Sequence record: CP025713.1
Source: Escherichia phage YDC107_2
Reading direction: 5' to 3' (one strand)
DNA: 18,617 nucleotides
Below are positions 1 to 8,205 of the stretch, one piece after another. Each line of letters starts with the position of its first letter. The stretch's first letter is position 1. Both the position numbers and the translations under genes were made by a program. Under the pieces are notes generated by a model. It saw nothing but the letters and a program-made list of their open reading frames with translations, searched no databases and was not told where the DNA came from.

Positions 1-1737
1 GCCGAGTTGTCTGCATTTCTTGGAGAAGCTTATAACACAATCGCCACTGGTGGGCTGAATAAGCTTACTGATACCGGCATGCGAATTTCCGGCGCACGTG
101 CTAACCGTGGTAATGCATCACGACAGATACATTTCAAAGATGCAGATTCATATCTGCAATATCAGCAACTTTATGGCGATCGCTCTCTATGGGAAATCAT
201 GGTCGGTCACCTGGAAGGTATCAGTAAAGATATTGCACTGGTGGAAACATATGGCCCAAACCCCGATCATGTTTTCCGCTCTCTTCTTGATCAGGTGAAG
301 GCAGAAACGGCAACAGCTAACCCGAGTAAAACCGGTAAAGTCGAGCGGCTGGCGAACAACACAGAGAATCTGTACAACTTTATTTCCGGAAAGACACAGC
401 CTGTAGCGAATCCGCACATCGCGCGATGGTCTGACAATATCCGCAACTGGCTGGTTGCCAGCAGACTCGGATCCGCGTTGCTATCATCGTTCTCTGATCT
501 TGGAACCATGTATCTGTCTGCGAAGGTGACCAACCTTCCAATGAACCAGTTATTCCGCAACCAGCTTGAAGCTATGGACCCAACGACCGTACAGAACTTG
601 CGCGGGCGCGCCGCGCTGGTCTGGCAATGGAATCTCTACTTGGCAGCGTTAACCGCTGGGCGATGGATAATATGGGCCGTCAGTGTCTCGTTGGGCAGCA
701 ACGGCGGTAATGCGTGCCAGTGGGCTTACAGCATGGTCAGATGCGCACAAGCGCGCCTATGGCGTAACCATGATGGGAAGCCTGGGAGAAGTAGTGTCAC
801 GGACACCAGACCTTCGTAGCCTCGATGACTCTGATTTTCGTATCCTGAAAAGCAAAGGGATTACTGACACAGACTGGAGCGTATGGAAGCTGGCGCAACA
901 GGAGGACTGGGGGAACGGTAATAATACGATGCTGACACCGGAAAGCATTATGCGTATCCCTGATTCAGCAGTTAAACATCTTGGTGAGCCTGAACGCGTG
1001 AAATTTGAGGCAATGCGTAAACTGCTCGGTGCCGTAACTGAAGAAGTTGATATGGCTGTTATTACACCGGGAGCACGTGAGCAACTGATAACCGGTTCTG
1101 GTATTCAGCGTGGAACATGGAAAGGTGAATTAACGAGAAGTGTTTTCCTGTTTAAATCGTTCCCTATCTCGGTGGTTATGCGTCACTGGTCACGCGCTAT
1201 GGGTATGCCGTCTGCTGGTGGGCGTGCGGCATATATTGCGACGTTTATTGCCAGTACGACCATTCTTTGGCGCTTTGTCGCAGCAACTTAACGACCTTGC
1301 GTCTGGTCGTAATCCTCGCGAGATGACAGGAGAAGATGCTGCTAAATTTTGGCTTGGTGCTCTACTGAAAGGTGGTGGTCTTGGCCTTTACGGTGACTTT
1401 TATTGTCAGATCACACTAGGTACGGAAGCGGCGCGCTGGCGTCGATGCTTGGCCCGGTAGCTGGCCTGGTTGATGACGTAGTGAAGATAGCTCAGGGCAT
1501 ACCATTAAATGCTGTGGAAGGGAAGAACGAGCAGACTGGTGGTGATCTGGTGAAACTTGGGAAAGGGCTGATGCCAGGTGCGAATCTCTGGTACTTGAAG
1601 GCAGCTCTTGATCACATGATCTTTAACCAGATGCAGGAGTATTTTTCACCAGCTATTTGCGTAAAATGGAGCAACGTTCGAAGAAAGAGTTTAACCAGAC
1701 ATACTGGTGGCGACCTCAGGATGTCACTCCGCAATAA
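1..1737 (+). CDS. 3' portion of a large virion internal/ejection-type structural protein; gene starts upstream of the window and is split into four reading-frame segments
   Basis: Track ORFs 7..819, 683..1291, 1140..1460 and 1403..1756 overlap in successive frames; frame 1 is open from base 1. A further shift near 1640 gives a C-terminus ...YLRKMEQRSKKEFNQTYWWRPQDVTPQ ending at TAA 1735-1737. It lies immediately upstream of the tailspike, as ejection proteins do in P22-like podoviruses. The specific function is an inference. Confidence 0.45.
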
Positions 1738-1932
1738 GGAAGTGTTGTGTTTTTAATTATTTGAGTGTGATAATTTCTGGTGGGCTGTTATTTATTGACC
1801 GCTACAAATATTTTCTTAAACCCTCAGACTCAAGCTATTTGCTGGTTCATCTTTGTTGTGCAGGGAGTAGTTCTTGTTGCAAGCCTTATTGAGGGGAGGC
1901 CTCTGATTTTTACTGGGTAAATAGGTGACTAC

Positions 1933-2229
1933 ATGCAAGCTATAGGATTCATTGTTTATATCGTCGTTGGTCTTTTTCAGTTGGCAGCAATTATGGCTGG
2001 GCTTGAATCATGGTGGGGATTGCACTGGATAATTGCAGCCCCCATTGCTTTCATCGTGAGCTATATTCCATTTGTTGGAGCGATTGTTGGTATGGTTGGC
2101 GCTGTGGATGTATGGCGGTGGGAGTGGTGGCAGGCTGGCCTTCTCTTCTTTGGTGGGATAATCTTTGCTATTGTCTGCGGTGGAATGTCATCATTTTTCG
2201 AATGGCTATCATTCAGAAAAGGAACGTGA
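1933..2229 (+). CDS. small integral membrane protein (98 aa, about three hydrophobic helices); possible superinfection-exclusion or moron protein
   Basis: Intact track ORF; AGGTGA precedes the ATG at 1933; the protein is almost entirely hydrophobic (…IVYIVVGLFQLAAIMAGL…IAAPIAFIVSYIPFVGAIVGMVGAV…LLFFGGIIFAIVCGG…). It occupies the position of sieA in P22-like genomes (between ejection genes and tailspike). Confidence 0.5.
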   Translation: MQAIGFIVYIVVGLFQLAAIMAGLESWWGLHWIIAAPIAFIVSYIPFVGAIVGMVGAVDVWRWEWWQAGLLFFGGIIFAIVCGGMSSFFEWLSFRKGT

Positions 2230-2238
2230 CATGTCACA

Positions 2239-2262
2239 GGCCGCTTTCGCGGCCTTTTCTTT
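2239..2262 (+). terminator. rho-independent terminator after the membrane protein gene
   Basis: GGCCGC (2239-2244), loop TTTC, GCGGCC (2249-2254), followed by TTTTCTTT (2255-2262). Confidence 0.5.
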
Positions 2263-2361
2263 ATGTGGTTTGTTTTCGTAATTGTTCGGCACAATAGTCG
2301 AGATGTGTTTGCAGATCCTGCATAGACATCTGTGAGCTGGTGACGTAGTTAATCAGTGCAG

Positions 2362-2517
2362 TCAGTTCGGCAAGTGGCCATCGACATTAAATCCATCCTT
2401 ATCGAGATCCCGGAGTAATTTCATCAAGTGCGATCCCTCCACCAGTGACCTGACGCCTCCCGGCGTGTGAATCCTTTCGGTAAATCCGTCTTCCAGTGGA
2501 TAGTGATACTGCTGCAT
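2362..2517 (-). CDS. small ORF (51 aa as written, possibly about 86 aa if a +1 shift at the stop is an indel) divergent from the tailspike and preceded by a LexA box; candidate SOS-induced antirepressor-like or moron gene
   Basis: Hand translation of the minus strand: ATG at 2517, MQQYHYPLEDGFTERIHTPGGVRSLVEGSHLMKLLRDLDKDGFNVDGHLPN, stop 2364-2362. GGAG lies about 9 nt upstream. Below the 60-aa cutoff of the ORF track. The +1 frame continues ELTALINYVTSSQMSMQDLQTHLDYCAEQLRKQTT down to about 2260. Confidence 0.4.
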   Translation of the reverse strand: MQQYHYPLEDGFTERIHTPGGVRSLVEGSHLMKLLRDLDKDGFNVDGHLPN

Positions 2518-2536
2518 CTTATCTTCTCCATGCAAT

Positions 2537-2556
2537 AACTGTATATTTATACAGTA
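2537..2556. promoter_or_regulatory. LexA (SOS) box overlapping the putative promoter of the minus-strand small ORF
   Basis: AACTGTATATTTATACAGTA matches the E. coli LexA consensus TACTGTATATATATACAGTA at 18 of 20 positions, with a perfect CTGT-N8-ACAG core at 2539-2554. It sits 20 bp upstream of the ATG at 2517, between a TTGATA -35-like and a TATTGC -10-like hexamer on the minus strand. Confidence 0.6.
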
Positions 2557-2592
2557 TCAAATAATTTGTTTGCTATCCAGCACGTTTTGCAA

Positions 2593-2609
2593 ATTACCTG
2601 AAAGGTAAT
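2593..2609. promoter_or_regulatory. operator-like palindrome, site A (ATTACCTGAAAGGTAAT)
   Basis: Perfect 17-bp dyad of the recurring TTACCT-N3-AGGTAA motif, about 100 bp upstream of the tailspike ATG and adjacent to the LexA box. A GGTAAT half-site follows at 2652-2657. Confidence 0.5.
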
Positions 2610-2710
2610 ATCTGTTCGTATTCACACCCTTCTATCCATATGTGGTTTTCAGGTAATAGAATAACCAGATATGCGGCGCAACGGGTGCTGCGACTATCTG
2701 GAGATTTAAC

Positions 2711-5685
2711 ATGACGGTCTCAACCGAAGTTGACCACAACGAATACACAGGTAACGGCGTTACGACATCATTTCCGTATACCTTTAGGGTTTTCAAGGAA
2801 TCTGATCTGGCAGTACAGGTGGTTGACCTTGACGAAAAATATCGCTGTGCTGGCTCTTGATACTGATTACACTGTCACTGGGGCTGGTGGATATAATGGC
2901 GGTAATGTAATTCTGTCGAAGGCGTTAGCTAACGGTTATCAGATTTCTATATCACGAGAGCTACCGGTTACGCAGGAAACTGATCTGCGAAATCAGGGAA
3001 AGTTTTTCGCTGAGGTGCATGAAGACGCGTTAGATAAGCTGACGATGCTGATACAGCAAGTCCGCAGTTGGTTTAGCCTGGCGCTGCGCAAACCATCATT
3101 TGTGGCAAACTATTACGATGCTTTGAATAATTACATCCGCAATTTGCGCGATCCTTCCAAGCCTCAAGATGCAGCTACAAAGAATTATGTTGATAATATT
3201 GTTAATGTGAATATTAACAGGACATTACGGGTTCCAGATAATTTTATTGAACCACTTCCTCCAGTTCATTTACTGGAAGAAACTGTCATTGGTATCGTCA
3301 ATGGTAAACCTATAGGTGTACCTGTGCCTTCTGGCAGTGCCGCAGATGTTCTTCTGCAATTATCTAGCGCAGGAGAAGGAAAAGGTGATGCATTATTTGG
3401 TGTAAGGCAGCCATTTGCCGGGCTGTAACTATAACTCAGCATGAAAACAATGCTCTTTTCTTAAATGTAAAACAATTCGGAGCAATTGGGGATGGGAAAT
3501 ATCATCCATTATCTGAGAGGTTTTCTTCAATTTCTGAAGCAAAATCCTTATATCCTTTTGTTGACTCATTATCTCAGTCAATAGACTGGGCCGCGTGGCA
3601 AGCTGCCCTTAACACAGGAAAGGTTATTTATGGTACTGATAATGCGTATGTAATAACGGATACGTTAACACCTGTTTCTGGTGGTGGGATAATTTGTCTT
3701 GGTGTGGGCAAATGGGTCTCAGGATATACTGCAACATTTGCTCCTGATATTACCACAGGGACCACATTCCTGATGTACGGGGTAGGAAATAAAAAATATA
3801 CTGTAGATTGTGTTTCTAATATGGATGTTAGTGGTGGTGTGGTTTCTAATCCATCTTCCGAAGACCCGTATACAACAACGGCACCTGCGTCATCATATGA
3901 TTTATTGGATTTTACTAACGGTGATGCTAATGGGGCTACAAGAGCCACGCTTAAACCATTCTCTGCCGCAATATTGATGCCAGAGACAGGATGTGTTCGC
4001 CTTGAGAACTTTCGTATTGTTCCATATTTCAATGGGCTGGATGGTTATAAAGACATTGCAAATACCGGTCTTGGCGATGAGTGGGATGTAGGTATTTGGT
4101 CACGTGCGTCTTTGGCAATGAATACCGCAATTTGCAGGTGGTTGGATACTGGCGCAAGACGGCACTTTTAAAAACGAACATTCCTGTATCTGGCACGCTG
4201 GCCGCTCAGGGCGAGGATGAAAACTATTATCACTGTAGATTCCAGGGATTCAAGGGTGTTTCGATCCGCGCCCATGATGTATTCCGAATTACAGCGGTAA
4301 CGTCCAGCACTATCGAAATCCCATGGTCATCAAGCCACACCTTCGAAACGTCCGGGGTTTTAAGATCGGGAGGCAGGAATTTCACTTATTCAGGATTATC
4401 CGTATCCGGTGATAAGTTAGTATTTACTGGAGTGTCTAACGCTTCTGAGGCAACAGTAGGTTCTACTATACGGCGAAATGACATAGATAACTTTGGTATG
4501 GCGGGAACGCAATTTTTCGATTGCTACATTACCAGCCTGTATCACCACACACATCTGCTTGCCACATCGCAATACCTGTCTCAGCCATTCAGCCGGCCAT
4601 CAGAGTGTATGGAGGTTTCAGGGGAACCAGTTCGCGGTGTACAGGTACATGCAGGAACCATTCAGGGATGGGATGATGTTCTTATTCATCTACATGACTG
4701 TGGAAATATGAACTTTTACAGTACATATTTCGAAAGCCAGCAAGCATATGTAACTATAAATGGTGGTAATGCTATTGGTTATGGAGCACGTATGATAGCT
4801 TCCAGGCAATCAACAAGCTCATTACCATATGCAGCAGGGAATACTCGAGTGCTTAGAATGGTCGGGTGCTCTGAAGGCAATGGCGTTGACTGGGGTCCTG
4901 TATTTAACAACTATACAGGAGGAAGATATAATTCTGGAGACGGTGTATTTAACCCCCGCGATGCATTTATAGACCATAAATCTCTTCCTGAGCAGTCAGG
5001 AGGTGAGTCAAGACTCGTATCACAAAAAGGAAATGCCAGAGTAGTATGTGGTGTTGGTAAAACTGTACTGCTTGGACCAACGTCAGGAGATTGTAATTTA
5101 CAGAGCAATACCGGAAGTTTAAATATTAGAAGTGGGATAAGAGTAAGAATCGGTCACGCTGATGGAACAGACTGGTGGTTGGCAGATGCTAATAAAATAG
5201 CTCCTGTTGATGATAATGTTAAAGCTATTGGACAGCCATCAAACAGATGCTCTGTTATCTATGCAGGAACCGGGTCAATCAATACGTCAGATGAAACTCT
5301 TAAAACAAGATATGATATTCTTAATGCAGAGCGTAATGCCGCTATTGAAATAAAGTCAGTCATCTATAAATTTAAATTTAATGACTCAATTAATCACAAA
5401 GGAATTGAGTCGTCCAGGTATCATTTTGGCGTTGGCGCTCAAACCGTAGGGGATATTCTTAGAAAGCATGGTTTAAACCCGGAGCAATATGCTTTTTGGT
5501 GTTACGATGAATGGCCTGACGTATGGGATGAAGAGGTGATAACTGAAGAGAGCACAGATCCTGATACAGGTGAGAAAATTTATTCTCAATATAAAACAGG
5601 AGATATGATTCTTGTAAAAAAAGCAGGAGGACGCTACGGAATTCGTTATGACGAATTAGCCATGTTTATATTAATGTCAATGTAA
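2711..5685 (+). CDS. tailspike / tail fibre protein: conserved N-terminal particle-binding domain, central pectate-lyase-like beta-helix, C-terminal intramolecular chaperone (S74-like) domain; split by three frameshifts
   Basis: ATG 2711 with GGAG at 2700-2703. The N-terminus MTVSTEVDHNEYTGNGVTTSFPYTFRVFKESDLAVQVVDLDE matches from memory the N-terminal domain shared by podovirus tailspikes. Segments are frame 2 (2711-2860), frame 0 (2730..3428), frame 2 (about 3389..4171, containing NALFLNVKQFGAIGDGKYHP, pectate-lyase-like) and frame 1 (4081..5685). The C-terminus …NTSDETLKTRYDILNAERNAAIE… resembles auto-cleaving chaperone domains of endosialidase-type tailspikes. The first shift is one extra A in the A-run at 2835-2839. 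Confidence 0.7.
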
Positions 5686-5697
5686 TAATAAATGCAA

Positions 5698-5730
5698 TAA
5701 CCCGAATAAAACAGCGGGGTTATTGTTATT
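5698..5730 (+). terminator. possible weak terminator after the tailspike gene
   Basis: Imperfect stem AACCCG…CGGGGTT followed by a T-rich stretch; weak. Confidence 0.3.
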
Positions 5731-6017
5731 ATAATAATGCTCTTAACTTCTTAAATGATATTTATATGCACTTGGATTATTAAATCTATATTATGCCTGT
5801 TATTTATGTGTTCTGTTATATGTTTTGCAGGCACTGTTGGCAGCATTAAAGGAAATTGTATTTATGGCGAAATAGCTGGTATCGTGTTTTTATTGTGCGT
5901 AAAAATAACAGACTGCATATATTATTGTATAAAGTTTTGGAAATGAAAACACTCAAACTTACCGCTGTGGATATGTTTTGACCATCGCGAATTGGATTGG
6001 TAATATTGGGTAACAAA

Positions 6018-6033
6018 AAACCATAAATGGTTT
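6018..6033. promoter_or_regulatory. 16-bp perfect palindrome AAACCATAAATGGTTT upstream of the lysis cassette
   Basis: Exact dyad symmetry about 35 bp upstream of the AGGAGG for the first lysis gene; candidate regulator binding site. Function is an inference. Confidence 0.3.
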
Positions 6034-6068
6034 ATCATGCGTAATGCTTTACTGTTCAGGAGGTAGTT

Positions 6069-6495
6069 ATGCATATAAACGGTGGAAAACATGTCAGCTC
6101 AACTAACCAGTGAAACTTTAAATCAGTGGCTTAGCATGAGTTCTTTGGCGGCAGTGATAGCAGGAGTTCCTCCTGAGGTTGCTTTGGGGTCTTTGGCTGG
6201 GGCGGTGATTTTTGTTACCTCTGCGGTAGAGTATCCCATTCGTCGTCGCGTGCTCTTGTCGATGCTTAGCTTTCTCTGCGGACTTCTATTCTACAAACCA
6301 GCAGCATCAATTCTTATCGGCATAGCCAGCCTGATCCCTACAATCACACAGGATTCTTTCGAGAAAGGGATTGTTTTCTCTGCCGGTGCATTTGTGTCAG
6401 CAATCGTCGCTGTGCGAATTGGGATCTGGCTCTATCACCGTTCCGATAATCCACGCGAGTTAATTCCGGGGAGAAAAGACGATGGTAACTCATGA
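6069..6495 (+). CDS. holin-like membrane protein; start ambiguous between ATG 6069 (strong RBS, out of frame) and GTG 6082 / ATG 6091
   Basis: Track ORF 6082..6495 (137 aa) has several hydrophobic helices. AGGAGG at 6058-6063 is ideally spaced for ATG 6069, which is in another frame and gives only 14 aa; an indel in GGAAAACA (6085-6092) would fuse them into an M…M dual-start pattern typical of holin/antiholin pairs. Confidence 0.5.
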
Positions 6496-6790
6496 GCTTT
6501 TTTTGCTTACCACCAATGCGGTTATTTGCGCCGGTATAGCAGTTCGAGTTGCCACATTTCGGAGAAACGGTTCTCAACACAGGCGATGGGGTGGGTGGCT
6601 TGCTTATTTCCTGATTGTTGCTGCGGCCAGCATTCCAGTTCGTGTCGCTTATGCAATCTGGTTACGCACGCCAATGGTTGTGGATTTATCTGAGGTCATT
6701 ATCAACGCTGTCATGCTTGCTGCAGTCATTAAAACGCGCGGTAACGTAGTTCAGATTTTCAAAATAACGAGGTCTAAACATGGAGATTAA
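6482..6790 (+). CDS. second small membrane protein of the lysis cassette (holin or lysis accessory, 102 aa)
   Basis: Intact track ORF with GGAG upstream; two to three hydrophobic helices; overlaps the end of the preceding gene and the start of the endolysin. Confidence 0.45.
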   Translation: MVTHELFLLTTNAVICAGIAVRVATFRRNGSQHRRWGGWLAYFLIVAAASIPVRVAYAIWLRTPMVVDLSEVIINAVMLAAVIKTRGNVVQIFKITRSKHGD

Positions 6791-7409
6791 ACAATTCCAG
6801 CGAGCTGCTGGTATCAGCGAGGAACTGGCCGCTCGCTGGTTCTCGCATATAACTTCTGCGATGAAAGAGTTTGGTATCAGCAAACCAGAAGATCAGGCAA
6901 TGTTTATTGCTCAGGTCGGGCATGAGTCTGGAGGCTTCACCCGGTTGCAGGAAAATTTCAACTACAGCGTAACCGGATTGGCTAACTTCGTTCGGGCTGG
7001 GCGTCTCACTCAGGGGCAGGCTAATGCACTTGGTCGCCGTGCTGGTGAACCACCATTGCCACTCGAGCGCCAGCGCGCGATCGCAAATCTGGTGTACAGC
7101 AAACGCATGGGGAACAATGCCCCTGGTGATGGCTGGAATTACCGTGGGCGCGGGCTTATCCAGATTACCGGTTTGAATAACTATCGTGACTGCGGAAACG
7201 GTCTGAAAGTTGACCTGCTGGAGAATCCTGAACTGCTGGCGCAGGACGAATACGCGGCTCGTAGCGCGGCGTGGTTCTTTGCCAGCAAAGGATGCATGAA
7301 GTATACCGGTGATATTGCACGTGTAACTCTGATTATCAATGGTGGCCGGAACGGCATCGACGACCGGCGCGCGCGGTACGTCACTGCCAGTAAGGTGCTG
7401 GCTATATGA
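6780..7409 (+). CDS. endolysin, glycoside hydrolase family 19 (chitinase-like) type
   Basis: 209-aa intact ORF; the motifs QVGHESGGF and [16 protein letters not shown] are characteristic of GH19 phage endolysins (from memory); GAGGT RBS; start overlaps the preceding gene. Confidence 0.75.
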   Translation: MEIKQFQRAAGISEELAARWFSHITSAMKEFGISKPEDQAMFIAQVGHESGGFTRLQENFNYSVTGLANFVRAGRLTQGQANALGRRAGEPPLPLERQRAIANLVYSKRMGNNAPGDGWNYRGRGLIQITGLNNYRDCGNGLKVDLLENPELLAQDEYAARSAAWFFASKGCMKYTGDIARVTLIINGGRNGIDDRRARYVTASKVLAI

Positions 7410-7888
7410 TCTGGGCATTCGTAAAAGCATATTGGAAACAACTGATTATCGTGGTGATGCTTGCTGCTCTGTTCATCGTCGGAGTGGTTGCCTGGAATAT
7501 ACACGGCAGTCGCCAGTACGATGCCGGGTATGCGCAGGCGGAAGAAGACCGCAAAGACGAAGAAGACAAAGTTCGTCAGTACTACGAACAGGAGAAAGTG
7601 ACCAATGAACGTGAAGCGCAGCAGAGAATCGACCAGGCGCGCAATGATGCTCTTGATGCTGCCGCTCGCGCTGGCAGGTTGCAGCAACAACTCTTTGCCA
7701 TCCGTGAGCAGCTCAGGCAGTATAACGCCATTGTCGGCGCTGGGACGTCAGCCGCAGACACCGGAGTTTTGCTTGCCGACGTGCTCAGCAAATCTCTCGA
7801 GAGAAACAGACAACTGGCAGAGTATGCTGACCGGGCAGCCGAAGCCGGAAGAGTCTGCGAAAAACAGTATGACACCCTGACAAGATAG
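7406..7888 (+). CDS. Rz: Rz-like inner-membrane spanin
   Basis: 160 aa with an N-terminal transmembrane helix ([18 protein letters not shown]) and a long charged coiled-coil-like periplasmic region; the ATG overlaps the endolysin stop (ATGA). Confidence 0.6.
   Translation: MIWAFVKAYWKQLIIVVMLAALFIVGVVAWNIHGSRQYDAGYAQAEEDRKDEEDKVRQYYEQEKVTNEREAQQRIDQARNDALDAAARAGRLQQQLFAIREQLRQYNAIVGAGTSAADTGVLLADVLSKSLERNRQLAEYADRAAEAGRVCEKQYDTLTR
7605..7880 (+). CDS. Rz1: Rz1-like outer-membrane lipoprotein spanin embedded in the +1 frame of Rz
   Basis: Track ORF lies wholly inside Rz in another frame; it has a signal peptide with lipobox LALAGC followed by a Pro-rich mature region (classic embedded Rz/Rz1 architecture). 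Confidence 0.5.
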   Translation: MNVKRSRESTRRAMMLLMLPLALAGCSNNSLPSVSSSGSITPLSALGRQPQTPEFCLPTCSANLSRETDNWQSMLTGQPKPEESAKNSMTP

Positions 7889-8061
7889 CATGGCATTTTT
7901 CATGGTACTGATTTCCGGTGACGGTATATAAAACGGTACGGTGAAAATCATGTTGCAGGAAGTTGTTATCAGTCAATTAGTTATGGTATCCGTAAATAAT
8001 TGAGTGGGAATGATTAACAGCTAACTCATAGCAAATCATTCCTATTCAGATGCCAACTCAA

Positions 8062-8092
8062 CCCTCTGTTTTTGCAGAGGGTTTTTGTTTTT
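8062..8092 (+). terminator. rho-independent terminator ending the late/lysis transcript
   Basis: Stem CCCTCTG (8062-8068) / CAGAGGG (8075-8081), 6-nt loop, followed by TTTTTGTTTTT. Confidence 0.6.
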
Positions 8093-8147
8093 ATGTATTC
8101 ATTTCTATTCACTCTACACCATATTTTTCGGCGGTACAGGTGACGGT

Positions 8148-8164
8148 ATTACCTTAAAGGTATA
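8148..8164. promoter_or_regulatory. operator-like palindrome, site B (ATTACCTTAAAGGTATA)
   Basis: TTACCT-N3-AGGTAT, one mismatch to the motif; about 42 bp upstream of the int start and flanked by the TGACGGTAT repeats. Confidence 0.45.
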
Positions 8165-8205
8165 CTCTCATACCGTCATGAAAATGGTTTCTATACGGGT
8201 GAATT

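Larger units (their letters stand above)
7917..8178. other. candidate attP / integrase arm-site region between the lysis cassette and int
   Basis: TGACGGTAT occurs at 7919-7927 and 8141-8149 (direct; 11-bp repeat GGTGACGGTAT at 7917-7927 and 8139-8149) and inverted as ATACCGTCA at 8170-8178. A 9-bp inverted repeat GGAATGATT/AATCATTCC lies at 8007-8015 and 8034-8042. Assignment as att is an inference. Confidence 0.3.

Noticed and set aside
2226-2237. 12-bp perfect palindrome GTGACATGTCAC at the stop codon of the membrane-protein gene
   Set aside because: A single short palindrome with no second copy in the window; could arise by chance and overlaps coding sequence.
2593-2609. Reading the palindromes as binding sites of a host MqsA-type antitoxin (ACCT-N3-AGGT core)
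   Set aside because: The core resembles the MqsA palindrome as I recall it, but the flanking positions differ (TACCT here versus AACCT) and the sites cluster at phage promoters around the phage repressor gene; a phage-encoded regulator is the more economical explanation.
3628-4032. 134-aa minus-strand ORF inside the tailspike region
   Set aside because: Antisense to the beta-helix segment of the tailspike; shadow ORF.
5755-5946. 63-aa Cys-rich hydrophobic ORF in the AT-rich spacer
   Set aside because: No ribosome-binding site, extreme AT bias and low-complexity sequence; probably non-coding, though the spacer itself is reported as a finding.
6774-7430. 218-aa minus-strand ORF
   Set aside because: It lies entirely antisense to the endolysin gene, which has a clear GH19 signature, and has no RBS or recognisable motif; most likely a shadow ORF.
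7181-7690. 169-aa minus-strand ORF
   Set aside because: Antisense to the endolysin/Rz overlap region; low-complexity composition; shadow ORF.
7889-8205. tRNA gene fragment at the presumed attachment site
   Set aside because: I looked for a tRNA-like 3' end (conserved TΨC-arm sequence, CCA-proximal stem) next to int and could not recognise one by eye; a search tool would be needed.
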